A DNA stretch of 41,492 bases from an uncultured Cytophagales bacterium (lineage in GTDB: Bacteria; Bacteroidota; Bacteroidia; Cytophagales; Amoebophilaceae): contig CAMEYY010000001.1 in assembly GCA_945947725.1 (NCBI GenBank), positions 1 to 41,492 of the forward strand, given 5' to 3'. Below are positions 29,708-37,020 of this stretch, piece after piece (within the stretch, counting starts at the first letter, position 1; every line of letters starts with the position of its first letter). The notes under the pieces were generated by a model. It had not been told where the DNA came from. It did not search any database and saw only the letters and a program-made list of their open reading frames with translations. The translations under genes and the position numbers were made by a program.

Positions 29708-30937
29708 CTATAAAGAATTAGTAATGATGAAAGTTAAAAGTTGTTTAGGAGATAAGTTAGAATAGACAGCTTGTTGAAACAAAAGAGAGATAGGTTCCAT
29801 TCCAGAAATAGAATTAGCATCGTTGATAATAACTTCATTTTCATTAGTGATAAATCCATCCATACGAGCGAAGACTTTGAAATGGAGGTCTTTAAATAAT
29901 TTTGCGCTAGTATTACGGATATTTTTCATTGTATCATCGACGATTTGCATAGGTGTTACTTTCATTGAAGCCCCCAACATATATTTGCTTCTATAATCAA
30001 AGAATTCGCTATCTTTGAGTAGAATTTCCGTTGGGAAAAGAGCATGAGGTTCTTCATTTTTTTTCTGCAAGACGATACAAGAAAATTCTTTTCCGCTAAT
30101 AAAATCTTCGATAAGGACTTCATCATCATGAATATCAGCATGAATAAAAAATTCTTCATCAGTATTACTATCTAGATAGTTCATTAAAGAATATGCATCA
30201 CAAAAATTATTACCATCGATACTAACAGGGAATTCAAATTCGATTTTTTCAGTTATATTCTGTTTTAAAAATTCATATTTATCTTTCGAGGTGAGTGTAT
30301 CCCAGAATTTTTTTTTTAATTTTAAAATTCCAAAACCAGTATCAATAGCTTTTTCTAAATCTTCGGCATTATGAGCGATACTAACCCCAATAGAAGAACC
30401 TTGATTTGCACTTTTAACGACGAAAGGAAAATTAAATTCATTGGTAATTTCATTAAGGTATAGATTTCTATTTTTTAACCATTTATCACGGAAGAGGAAT
30501 TTATATTTATTTGTTTTATAACCATAATTTTTCATCAGCTCTTTTTGGATAAATTTGCTCATTCCGAGTGCTGAACCGAGGACTTTCGACCCAGTGTAAG
30601 GAATATTCAACCATTCCAAGACACCTTGAATATGTCCATCTTCTCCATCTAAACCATGCAAAACTAAAAAAGCGACGTCGATTATATCCTTTAAATTTTC
30701 CATAGGAATTCTTTCTCCCATTTCTTCTTCTTGAGATGGATAAAAATCTTTGATGCTACCTTTGTAGATAAATTCCCATTTCAATTTAAAAAATTCGTTT
30801 TTCTTAGTTATAAAAATAGGAACAGGGATATATAAGTTTCGATCTAAATTATCATAAACAGTACGTCCCCCCGCAAATGATACTTCCCTTTCTTTTGATC
30901 TTCCTCCAAAAAAAACACCGATTTTTAATTTCGTCAT
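29708..30937 (-). CDS. ddl: D-alanine--D-alanine ligase (long form)
   Basis: 409 aa. N-terminus KIGVFFGGRSKEREVS, LHGLDGEDGHIQGVLE and FVVKSANQGSSIGV. A ~55-aa insertion lies before the EDFISGKEFSC segment. Confidence 0.85.
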   Translation of the reverse strand: MTKLKIGVFFGGRSKEREVSFAGGRTVYDNLDRNLYIPVPIFITKKNEFFKLKWEFIYKGSIKDFYPSQEEEMGERIPMENLKDIIDVAFLVLHGLDGEDGHIQGVLEWLNIPYTGSKVLGSALGMSKFIQKELMKNYGYKTNKYKFLFRDKWLKNRNLYLNEITNEFNFPFVVKSANQGSSIGVSIAHNAEDLEKAIDTGFGILKLKKKFWDTLTSKDKYEFLKQNITEKIEFEFPVSIDGNNFCDAYSLMNYLDSNTDEEFFIHADIHDDEVLIEDFISGKEFSCIVLQKKNEEPHALFPTEILLKDSEFFDYRSKYMLGASMKVTPMQIVDDTMKNIRNTSAKLFKDLHFKVFARMDGFITNENEVIINDANSISGMEPISLLFQQAVYSNLSPKQLLTFIITNSL

Positions 30938-31049
30938 TTTTGCAAACTTTACTTTACTTATAGCAATTTTTTGAAGAATAACAGATTATAACATCCTTTT
31001 TTTTAGCTCTACATAGCGCCGTTTATCTAAAAATTAAAAACGAAAAAAA

Positions 31050-31107
31050 TAAGTTTAATTTTACTTGATTAATTCATTTTTGTGTCCGATGCTCTCGGCA
31101 TGAACAA
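31050..31107 (+). repeat. Conserved upstream-plus-start module, copy B (paralog of 38392-38449 on the minus strand)
   Basis: Gapless hand alignment gives 48/58 identical bases. This includes an exact GC-rich 17-mer GCTCTCGGCATGAACAA, with the ATG in the same register. Confidence 0.85.
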
Positions 31108-31276
31108 GAAAAATGTGTTCCTCAATTTATTGAGTATTTATGGGATGACGTTTGCCCAAGGTATAAGGAATACCGAAAATCAAAAGTTAGATTATAACGA
31201 TGTAATAATTAATGTTGATACAGAGCAATTACTAAAGCACGACGAGATGAATGTGTTTTGTGAAGATTGTTCATAG
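31100..31276 (+). CDS. Small 58-aa protein ending in CxxC, paralog of the 18-aa ORF beside the radical SAM gene
   Basis: MNKKNVFLNLLSIYGMTFAQGIRNTENQKLDYNDVIINVDTEQLLKHDEMNVFCEDCS. ATG at 31100, within the track ORF 31082..31276. TAG stop lies 2 nt before the next gene's ATG. Confidence 0.45.
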   Translation: MNKKNVFLNLLSIYGMTFAQGIRNTENQKLDYNDVIINVDTEQLLKHDEMNVFCEDCS

Positions 31277-31278
31277 AC

Positions 31279-32163
31279 ATGAAAAATTTTGATTTTTTTG
31301 TATTAGCCTTAGGTATTTGTAATTTATTTCCTTCTTGTAATTCTCGAAATTATTTAGCTGCAAATTATTCCAATGATGAAAAGTTTAGAGGTGTTCAAAA
31401 TATAACAATCAAAAATGGACCTGGTAATATTACAGTTCAACCTACAGCAGATGCTAATAACGATGAAACGATATTAGAATTAGAGGGTGAAGAGAGAGAT
31501 GAGGTGAATGTTAAGCAAGAAGGTTCCACACTTTTTGTGACGAGGCCAGGTAATCCTAATGAGGTATTATTTTATGCACCAAAACCTATAAATATAACGT
31601 TATACATTGCTCCTACTGTTAACTCTTTACAATGTAAAATGGGACGTGGAAAATTTTCAATGGATAATTTTATTGGGAATTTGAATTTGGAAGGGGGTAT
31701 TAGTGATATTTTTTTGAGAGATATTACAGGGTATATTAACTTAGACACAGGGAAATCCAAATTTAATATCGAAAATATAACCGGAAATATAGATATACAC
31801 TCTGGACCTATAGAACAAGGAAATTTTCAAAGAATATCAGGTAATGTCAACATAAGAGCCTCTCAATTTAATTTAGTTCTTTTTGAGATATTCGGAAATA
31901 TTAATCTAAGAGGTGCTGGGTTGTTGAATTATACAATGTTGACTAAACCAAATTTCCCAATATTTATAACGTTTAAAGGGAAAAATGTTTTTTGCAATGT
32001 TTATTTATCTAACGCTTTTCGCTGTATTGATAATACAATAAAAGGACGTCATAATAATATCTTTTCTATTTTTCCATACGTCTCGGGTATAAGAGCGATA
32101 GGTGATGTAAACTTTTGTGGAAATCTGCATGATAGTACATTGCAAATTCAAAATGTAAATTAA
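31279..32163 (+). CDS. Predicted lipoprotein with beta-helix-like GN(I/L/V)N repeats (DUF4097 / putative-adhesin-like)
   Basis: ATG at 31279 (MKNFDFFVLALGICNLFPSC|N). Repeats of roughly 20 aa: FIGNLNLEGG, ITGYINLDTG, ITGNIDIHSG, ISGNVNIRAS, IFGNINLRGA. Confidence 0.5.
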   Translation: MKNFDFFVLALGICNLFPSCNSRNYLAANYSNDEKFRGVQNITIKNGPGNITVQPTADANNDETILELEGEERDEVNVKQEGSTLFVTRPGNPNEVLFYAPKPINITLYIAPTVNSLQCKMGRGKFSMDNFIGNLNLEGGISDIFLRDITGYINLDTGKSKFNIENITGNIDIHSGPIEQGNFQRISGNVNIRASQFNLVLFEIFGNINLRGAGLLNYTMLTKPNFPIFITFKGKNVFCNVYLSNAFRCIDNTIKGRHNNIFSIFPYVSGIRAIGDVNFCGNLHDSTLQIQNVN

Positions 32164-32611
32164 TTTTTACTTGATTATTTTTTAATTTCTTGCATCTCTT
32201 GGTTTGAATAAGGATTATTTATTCAACATTATCTTCACTGTTCGATAGTCACTATCCTTTTCCTATTTAAAATTTGATACGACTTTTAGTTGAGTAAAAA
32301 CAACTTCAACGTAATAGCAATTGCATTTCTTGTTTATTCACTTTATTGCCCGTTAAAACGATCATGTACGATTTATTCGTTAAGATATCCAACTCTGTGT
32401 TTAAAATTTATAGTTAACATCATAATCTGCATAAATCATTTTTTTATTATAACATCCTTGTTTTTTTGTTAGTTAAAAATTGTCAAATACTATCATCAGC
32501 GTCAATATTTTTCCTCTTCAGAAAGCTCATGAGTTTTACACATTATGAGTCTATATGAAAAACTTTAAGATTTTTCTATTAAAATATTTTAAAATTTTAT
32601 CAACAAAAAAG

Positions 32612-32967
32612 TTATCCACATTTTATAAAAATAGGTCATAATAGACTGACAGATGAGAGGTTTGGTGAAAACGTAAAAAATTAAAATGTGGATAACTTTT
32701 AGAGACCTTCAAAAAATGTGGATAACTTTTTCAAAAATGTGGATAACTTAACAAAAAAATGTGGATAACTTTCCGTTTTTGCGCCCCGGCCGGCCCCGAA
32801 AATCCGCCGGCAATTGAAGGCTTTTGCACGTTTTTGTGGCAAAAAAATAAAAAAATGAAATTTTGATATATTTTTATTATTATAATAATAAAAAAAATTT
32901 TTTCTTCTTATAAGGGGGGTTTGGGGGGAAATTTCTTCTTTTTACATCTTGCAAAAAATGTGGATAA
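32612..32967. other. oriC-like region: six perfect DnaA boxes flanking an AT-rich tract
   Basis: TTATCCACA at 32612-32620. TGTGGATAA at 32687, 32717, 32738, 32760 and 32959, each inside the 16-mer AAAATGTGGATAACTT. Nearly pure A/T runs from about 32841 to 32912. Confidence 0.8.
32781..32811. other. GC island (26/31 G+C) inside the origin region
   Basis: gcgccccggccggccccgaaaatccgccggc, read directly. It contains the self-complementary cores CCGGCCGG and GCCGGC. Confidence 0.9.
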
Positions 32968-33048
32968 CTTAGTTAAAAATGGTATTTTTTCATTTCGTAT
33001 CAAATGTTGATTTTGTAACGTATATTTTTGTTTTATAGGATTTAGGTT

Positions 33049-35163
33049 ATGATAAGTTCTTTTATCACATGGATCCCCGCTGTTGGGCTATTTCTGCTCA
33101 TAGTGGCCTTATTATTGGCTCAGTGGGTTTTGAAAAAAGATGTAGGAGAAAGTAAAATGGCACATATCTCCAAGTTGATAGCGTCGGGAGCTATGGAATT
33201 TTTAAAATCTGTTTACTCTCGTCTCGCTATCTTCATCATCTGCATTGCCGCTATACTTTTTTATCTCAACAGAAATGGGGAAAATTTAGCTTTACCTACC
33301 ATCGCTTTAACTTTTATCCTCGGTGCTGTATTTTCAGCCTTATCTGGATGGTGTGGAATGTTTATTGCAACAAAAGCTAATGTTCGTACTACAAACGCCG
33401 CTAGACGAAGTCTTAAGGAGGCTTTTAACGTCTCTTTCTCTGGTGGAAGCGTCATGGGAATAAGTGTTGCTGGTTTTGCAATCTTAGGATTGGGAAGTCT
33501 TGTTTGTTTATTTTTTAAAAAATTCAATATCCTTGGTCTTGATATCAATCAGTATGCTAATGTTCATCTTGTTCAAATAATTCTCGAAACAATAACTGGT
33601 TTTGCTTTGGGTGCAGAGAGTGTGGCTTTATTTGCTAGAGTTGCTGGTGGTATTTATACTAAAGCTGCTGATGTTGGAGCTGACTTGGTTGGTAAAATAG
33701 AAAAAGATATTCCTGAAGACGATCCTCGTAATCCTGCTACCATCGCTGATAACGTCGGGGATAATGTTGGTGATATAGCTGGTATGGGTGCGGACCTTTT
33801 CGGTTCTTATGTTTCAACGATTTTAGCTGCAATGCTTTTGGGAAGCGAAGTTGTCTTTATTGGTTCTTCGAAAATAAGCGGAATCATGCCTGTTATCTTT
33901 CCTCTTGTTTTTTGTTGTGCTGGAACTATTATTTCTGTTTTAACTGGTTTTGCTATCAACATTTTTACTGGAAAGCAAATTCAAAAATCTATTAACGTTG
34001 GTTTGATCGTTGCAACTATAATTTCCGCTGGTATTGGTTGGATTTTATGTTCTTCTCTTTTCCCTGATACTTTGATGATGAGAGGAAAAGTTTTTGCTAG
34101 CTGTGCTATAGCTGAATCTATAATCGTAGGTCTTATTGTTGGTTTTTTAGTTGGTATTATCACTCAGTTTTACACGAGTAAAGGTAAACAACCTGTAGAC
34201 TTTATCATTGCTCAATCTAAAACAGGACATGCAACAAATATTATCGCCGGTTTATGCGTTGGTATGCGTTCTACTGCTTTACCAATGATTCTTTTTGCTG
34301 CAGGAATATTTTTATCTTACTCTTTTGCTGGTTTCTATGGGGTCGCTATGGCTGCCGTTGGTATGATGTCGACTATGATGTTACAAATGGCTATCGATGG
34401 TTTTGGTCCTATTGCTGATAACGCTGGAGGTATTGCTGAAATGAGTGGTTTAGATGAAAGTGTGAGAGAAAATACAGATATCCTCGATACCATTGGTAAT
34501 ACTACCGCTGCAACAGGAAAAGGTTTTGCTATCGCTTCTGCTGCTTTAACCTCCTTAGCTTTGTTCGCTGCTTATGTTAAGATCACTGGCATTGCAACTA
34601 TCGATATCTATAAAGCACCTGTGCTCGCTGGACTTTTCTGTGGAGCTATGATTCCTTTTGTTTTCTCTGCTATGACTATCAGTTCTGTTGGGCAAGCTGC
34701 TATGACCATGGTTGAAGAAGTGAGAAGACAATTTAGAGAAATTAAAGGTATAATGTCGGGAGAAGGAACTCCTGAATATGAAAAATGTATTGCTATTTCA
34801 ACAAAAGCTGCATTAAAAGGTATGATGATTCCTGGTATCCTTGCTATCGCTTGCCCTATCTGTGTTGGTTTTATTTTTGGTGCTGAAGTTTTAGGTGGTT
34901 TTCTCGCTGGGATAACGGTCTCTGGTGTGTTGATGGCTATGTTCCAATCTAATGCTGGAGGTGCGTGGGATAACGCTAAGAAAAGTTTTGAAAAAGGTGT
35001 CTTAATCGATGGTGAGATGTTTTATAAAAAATCTGAACCTCATAAAGCTTCTGTGACTGGAGATACTGTCGGGGATCCTCTTAAAGATACCTCTGGACCT
35101 TCTATGAACATTTTGATTAAATTATCTTCTATCGTCGCACTTATTATTGCACCTTTTATTTAA
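33049..35163 (+). CDS. hppA: Membrane-bound ion-translocating pyrophosphatase
   Basis: 704 aa, polytopic. Hallmark GGIYTKAADVGADLVGK...DDPRNPATIADNVGDNVGD..G.GADLF. The GNTTAATGKG motif (Ala rather than Lys after TT) matches what I recall for the K+-dependent subfamily. Confidence 0.95.
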   Translation: MISSFITWIPAVGLFLLIVALLLAQWVLKKDVGESKMAHISKLIASGAMEFLKSVYSRLAIFIICIAAILFYLNRNGENLALPTIALTFILGAVFSALSGWCGMFIATKANVRTTNAARRSLKEAFNVSFSGGSVMGISVAGFAILGLGSLVCLFFKKFNILGLDINQYANVHLVQIILETITGFALGAESVALFARVAGGIYTKAADVGADLVGKIEKDIPEDDPRNPATIADNVGDNVGDIAGMGADLFGSYVSTILAAMLLGSEVVFIGSSKISGIMPVIFPLVFCCAGTIISVLTGFAINIFTGKQIQKSINVGLIVATIISAGIGWILCSSLFPDTLMMRGKVFASCAIAESIIVGLIVGFLVGIITQFYTSKGKQPVDFIIAQSKTGHATNIIAGLCVGMRSTALPMILFAAGIFLSYSFAGFYGVAMAAVGMMSTMMLQMAIDGFGPIADNAGGIAEMSGLDESVRENTDILDTIGNTTAATGKGFAIASAALTSLALFAAYVKITGIATIDIYKAPVLAGLFCGAMIPFVFSAMTISSVGQAAMTMVEEVRRQFREIKGIMSGEGTPEYEKCIAISTKAALKGMMIPGILAIACPICVGFIFGAEVLGGFLAGITVSGVLMAMFQSNAGGAWDNAKKSFEKGVLIDGEMFYKKSEPHKASVTGDTVGDPLKDTSGPSMNILIKLSSIVALIIAPFI

Positions 35164-35409
35164 AAAATTAAACGTCTACCCCGTCTCAAAGGGGGATATA
35201 TAAGCCTTCTAATAAAAACTTTGTTTTAAAATTTTTCCACACTGAAGATACAAATATGACTTCTTTGAAAAGAGAATTTTGAGTAGTCTATCCCCCCAAG
35301 ATAAGGGGAAAAATACTATTTCAGACGACCCACGGGGTAGTAATCCGAACTTTTCTTTAGTAGTGGTAAATTTTTTTATATTTATAGCGTTTACGTATAA
35401 AATATTTTT

Positions 35410-36468
35410 ATGAAAATAAAAAATGTATTATTGGTGATGTTGCCTACAGCTGTTTCTTCATGTGTGATTGAAAAACCTGTTGATTGTAGATGCAAGAAGA
35501 TAGATTATCCTGATGAAAATCTAAAAAAACAGTTAGAAGATATTAAAACAAATTTCGAAAAGGCTAGTAATGGAAATCTTTCAGATTTTATAAAGTTCGA
35601 AGAACAGATAATAGATAAAGTCAAAAAAGAAGACAATCGTATTAAGGATGAGAGCGGTAAACAGTTTACTAAATCTTTAAAGGATGAAAATACCTTGAAT
35701 GATTTAAAAAATAAGTTCGGAAATTTAGGGACTGCGATGTTTTTGGATTCTAATTTAAAGTTTTTCTTAAATCCTGTATATCAGGAAACAAATCGGAAAA
35801 CGAATTTTGTGAATGATTTCTTTAACAAACGTGATGAAATAAATAACAAAATTAATTCTGTTGCATGTAAGGATATAAAGGTTTCGCTTTTTGATGTTAA
35901 AAATTTAAAATTTGACGATTTATCTAAGATTTTTGATTTTGATTATAAATGTCAGGATTTGAATGAATGGTTTAAGTTGGTTTCTCTTTTCGGATATTAC
36001 TCTGTTGAAAATTTATTATTGCCTGTTGAATTTAAAGACGATAACGGAAATAACATCGGTAAAGGTTTCGTTTGTGATGGTTTAAATTGTATTCAGTGGG
36101 GACTTCTTTTTGAAAAGAATGTAAGTGAAGAGCGTCAAGAAAAATGTTTTAATACAATGAAGGAAATCTTTAAGAATGTTGTTTTGAAAGATAACACTAT
36201 TATTTCTAAAAAGATTAGATTCTTCTGTAATGAAAAATCTATTTGGGATAAATTGTCTGCTTTTTATAAAGAAAGTACAGACGAAATGTTTTTTCTTGAT
36301 AAACTTAAGGATTATTCTAAATGGTTTTGCCACTGCTGTTGTTATAACGATATTACCGATGAAAGATTTTTAAATTTTGGCTTTCCTTGTGTAGGCTTTG
36401 CTCAAAGAAATGGTTTATATTGTTGTAATTTTAGTGGTTCTTTAAAAAAATCAGCTACTACTGTCTAA
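35410..36468 (+). CDS. Predicted lipoprotein with Cys-rich C-terminus, unknown function
   Basis: 352 aa, signal plus Cys (..LPTAVSSC|V). The C-terminal ~60 aa contains WFCHCCCYND...FPCVGF...LYCCNFSG. Confidence 0.5.
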   Translation: MKIKNVLLVMLPTAVSSCVIEKPVDCRCKKIDYPDENLKKQLEDIKTNFEKASNGNLSDFIKFEEQIIDKVKKEDNRIKDESGKQFTKSLKDENTLNDLKNKFGNLGTAMFLDSNLKFFLNPVYQETNRKTNFVNDFFNKRDEINNKINSVACKDIKVSLFDVKNLKFDDLSKIFDFDYKCQDLNEWFKLVSLFGYYSVENLLLPVEFKDDNGNNIGKGFVCDGLNCIQWGLLFEKNVSEERQEKCFNTMKEIFKNVVLKDNTIISKKIRFFCNEKSIWDKLSAFYKESTDEMFFLDKLKDYSKWFCHCCCYNDITDERFLNFGFPCVGFAQRNGLYCCNFSGSLKKSATTV

Positions 36469-36477
36469 TTCTTTCTT

Positions 36478-36505
36478 AAGACTCGACTTAGAGTCGTCTT
36501 TTGTT
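36478..36505. terminator. Weak hairpin plus T-run between convergent genes
   Basis: aagac-tcgacttagagtc-gtctt followed by ttgttt. The stems are only 5 bp (two alternative pairings), so support is modest. Confidence 0.3.
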
Positions 36506-36542
36506 TAATTTCTATCTAGTTTTATATAAAAATTTTCTTTCA

Positions 36543-36890
36543 TTAAAACACAAACTTTGACAGTTCAATTAGGATAACTAAAATACCAAATAAAACACAT
36601 AGCTTATCACCAAAATCCATTTGTCGTTTTAATTTTTTTTTCAATAGGTAATAAGGAATAAAGATAACAAATACTGTCGCTATCATCCCACCGAACGAGA
36701 GTATGTTGATAAAGGCATTGGGAATCGCGATACACAAAACAATAGGAATAATACAAACAATAGCACTTGCTACAACCCTTGATTGAGAGATAGTCTCTTC
36801 TATAGATTTTTTCAAACCCAATCCTATACCAATGGTCGACGTTATGATAGCAAATAAACTCAATATTTTGAAAAATATTTCCATATACAT
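36543..36890 (-). pseudogene. C-terminal ~115-aa fragment resembling HAAAP-family (Mtr/TnaB/TyrP-type) aromatic amino acid permeases
   Basis: ..IAIPNAFINILSFGGMIATVFVIFIPYYLLKKKLKR.. parallels the remembered E. coli Mtr C-terminus ..[34 protein letters not shown]... Full-length family members are about 400-415 aa. An in-frame stop lies just upstream of the first Met. Confidence 0.45.
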
Positions 36891-37020
36891 GTTCTACACC
36901 ATCTTGTAGGCGCATTGATTCTATTGGTTATAGAGTTATTGTGGGGTATTTTTATAGCCGTGGAAAATATAAACATGTCATTATGTTTTAAGACAATAGA
37001 CTTATTGCGCAACAATAGGT

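Noticed and set aside
32203-32225. Hairpin TTGAATAA-ggattat-TTATTCAA after the beta-helix lipoprotein gene as a terminator
   Set aside because: The stem is almost entirely A/T and no clear T-run follows. It is too weak to call.
32290-32472. 60-aa ORF in the long intergenic region left of the origin
   Set aside because: It is a low-complexity hydrophobic or AT-driven translation with a TTG-type start and no recognisable motif. It is probably non-coding origin-flanking DNA.
32682-32772. Regularly spaced 16-17-nt direct repeats that could superficially resemble a mini CRISPR array
   Set aside because: The repeat core is the exact DnaA-box consensus. The repeats are too short, the spacers are only about 5-14 nt, and no cas genes are present.
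32911-32930. G6-T3-G6 as a ciliate-type telomere-like repeat hinting at host DNA
   Set aside because: It is a single unit only, embedded in a bacterial origin context. The idea is pure speculation.
33012-33030. Bacteroidota-type promoter (TTTG / TAnnTTTG) upstream of hppA
   Set aside because: A TAnnTTTG-like 8-mer (tatttttg, 33023-33030) exists, but the nearest upstream TTTG is only about 7 nt away rather than the expected ~19 nt. In DNA this AT-rich the match is not informative.
35165-35345. tmRNA, SRP RNA, RNase P RNA or 6S RNA in the hppA-downstream gap
   Set aside because: I could not find any of the conserved signatures I know: the tmRNA GGGG...CCACCA ends or a tag ORF, the RNase P GAGGAAAGTCC, or the SRP GGAA/AGCA helix-8 motifs. 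It is kept only as an unclassified structured element.
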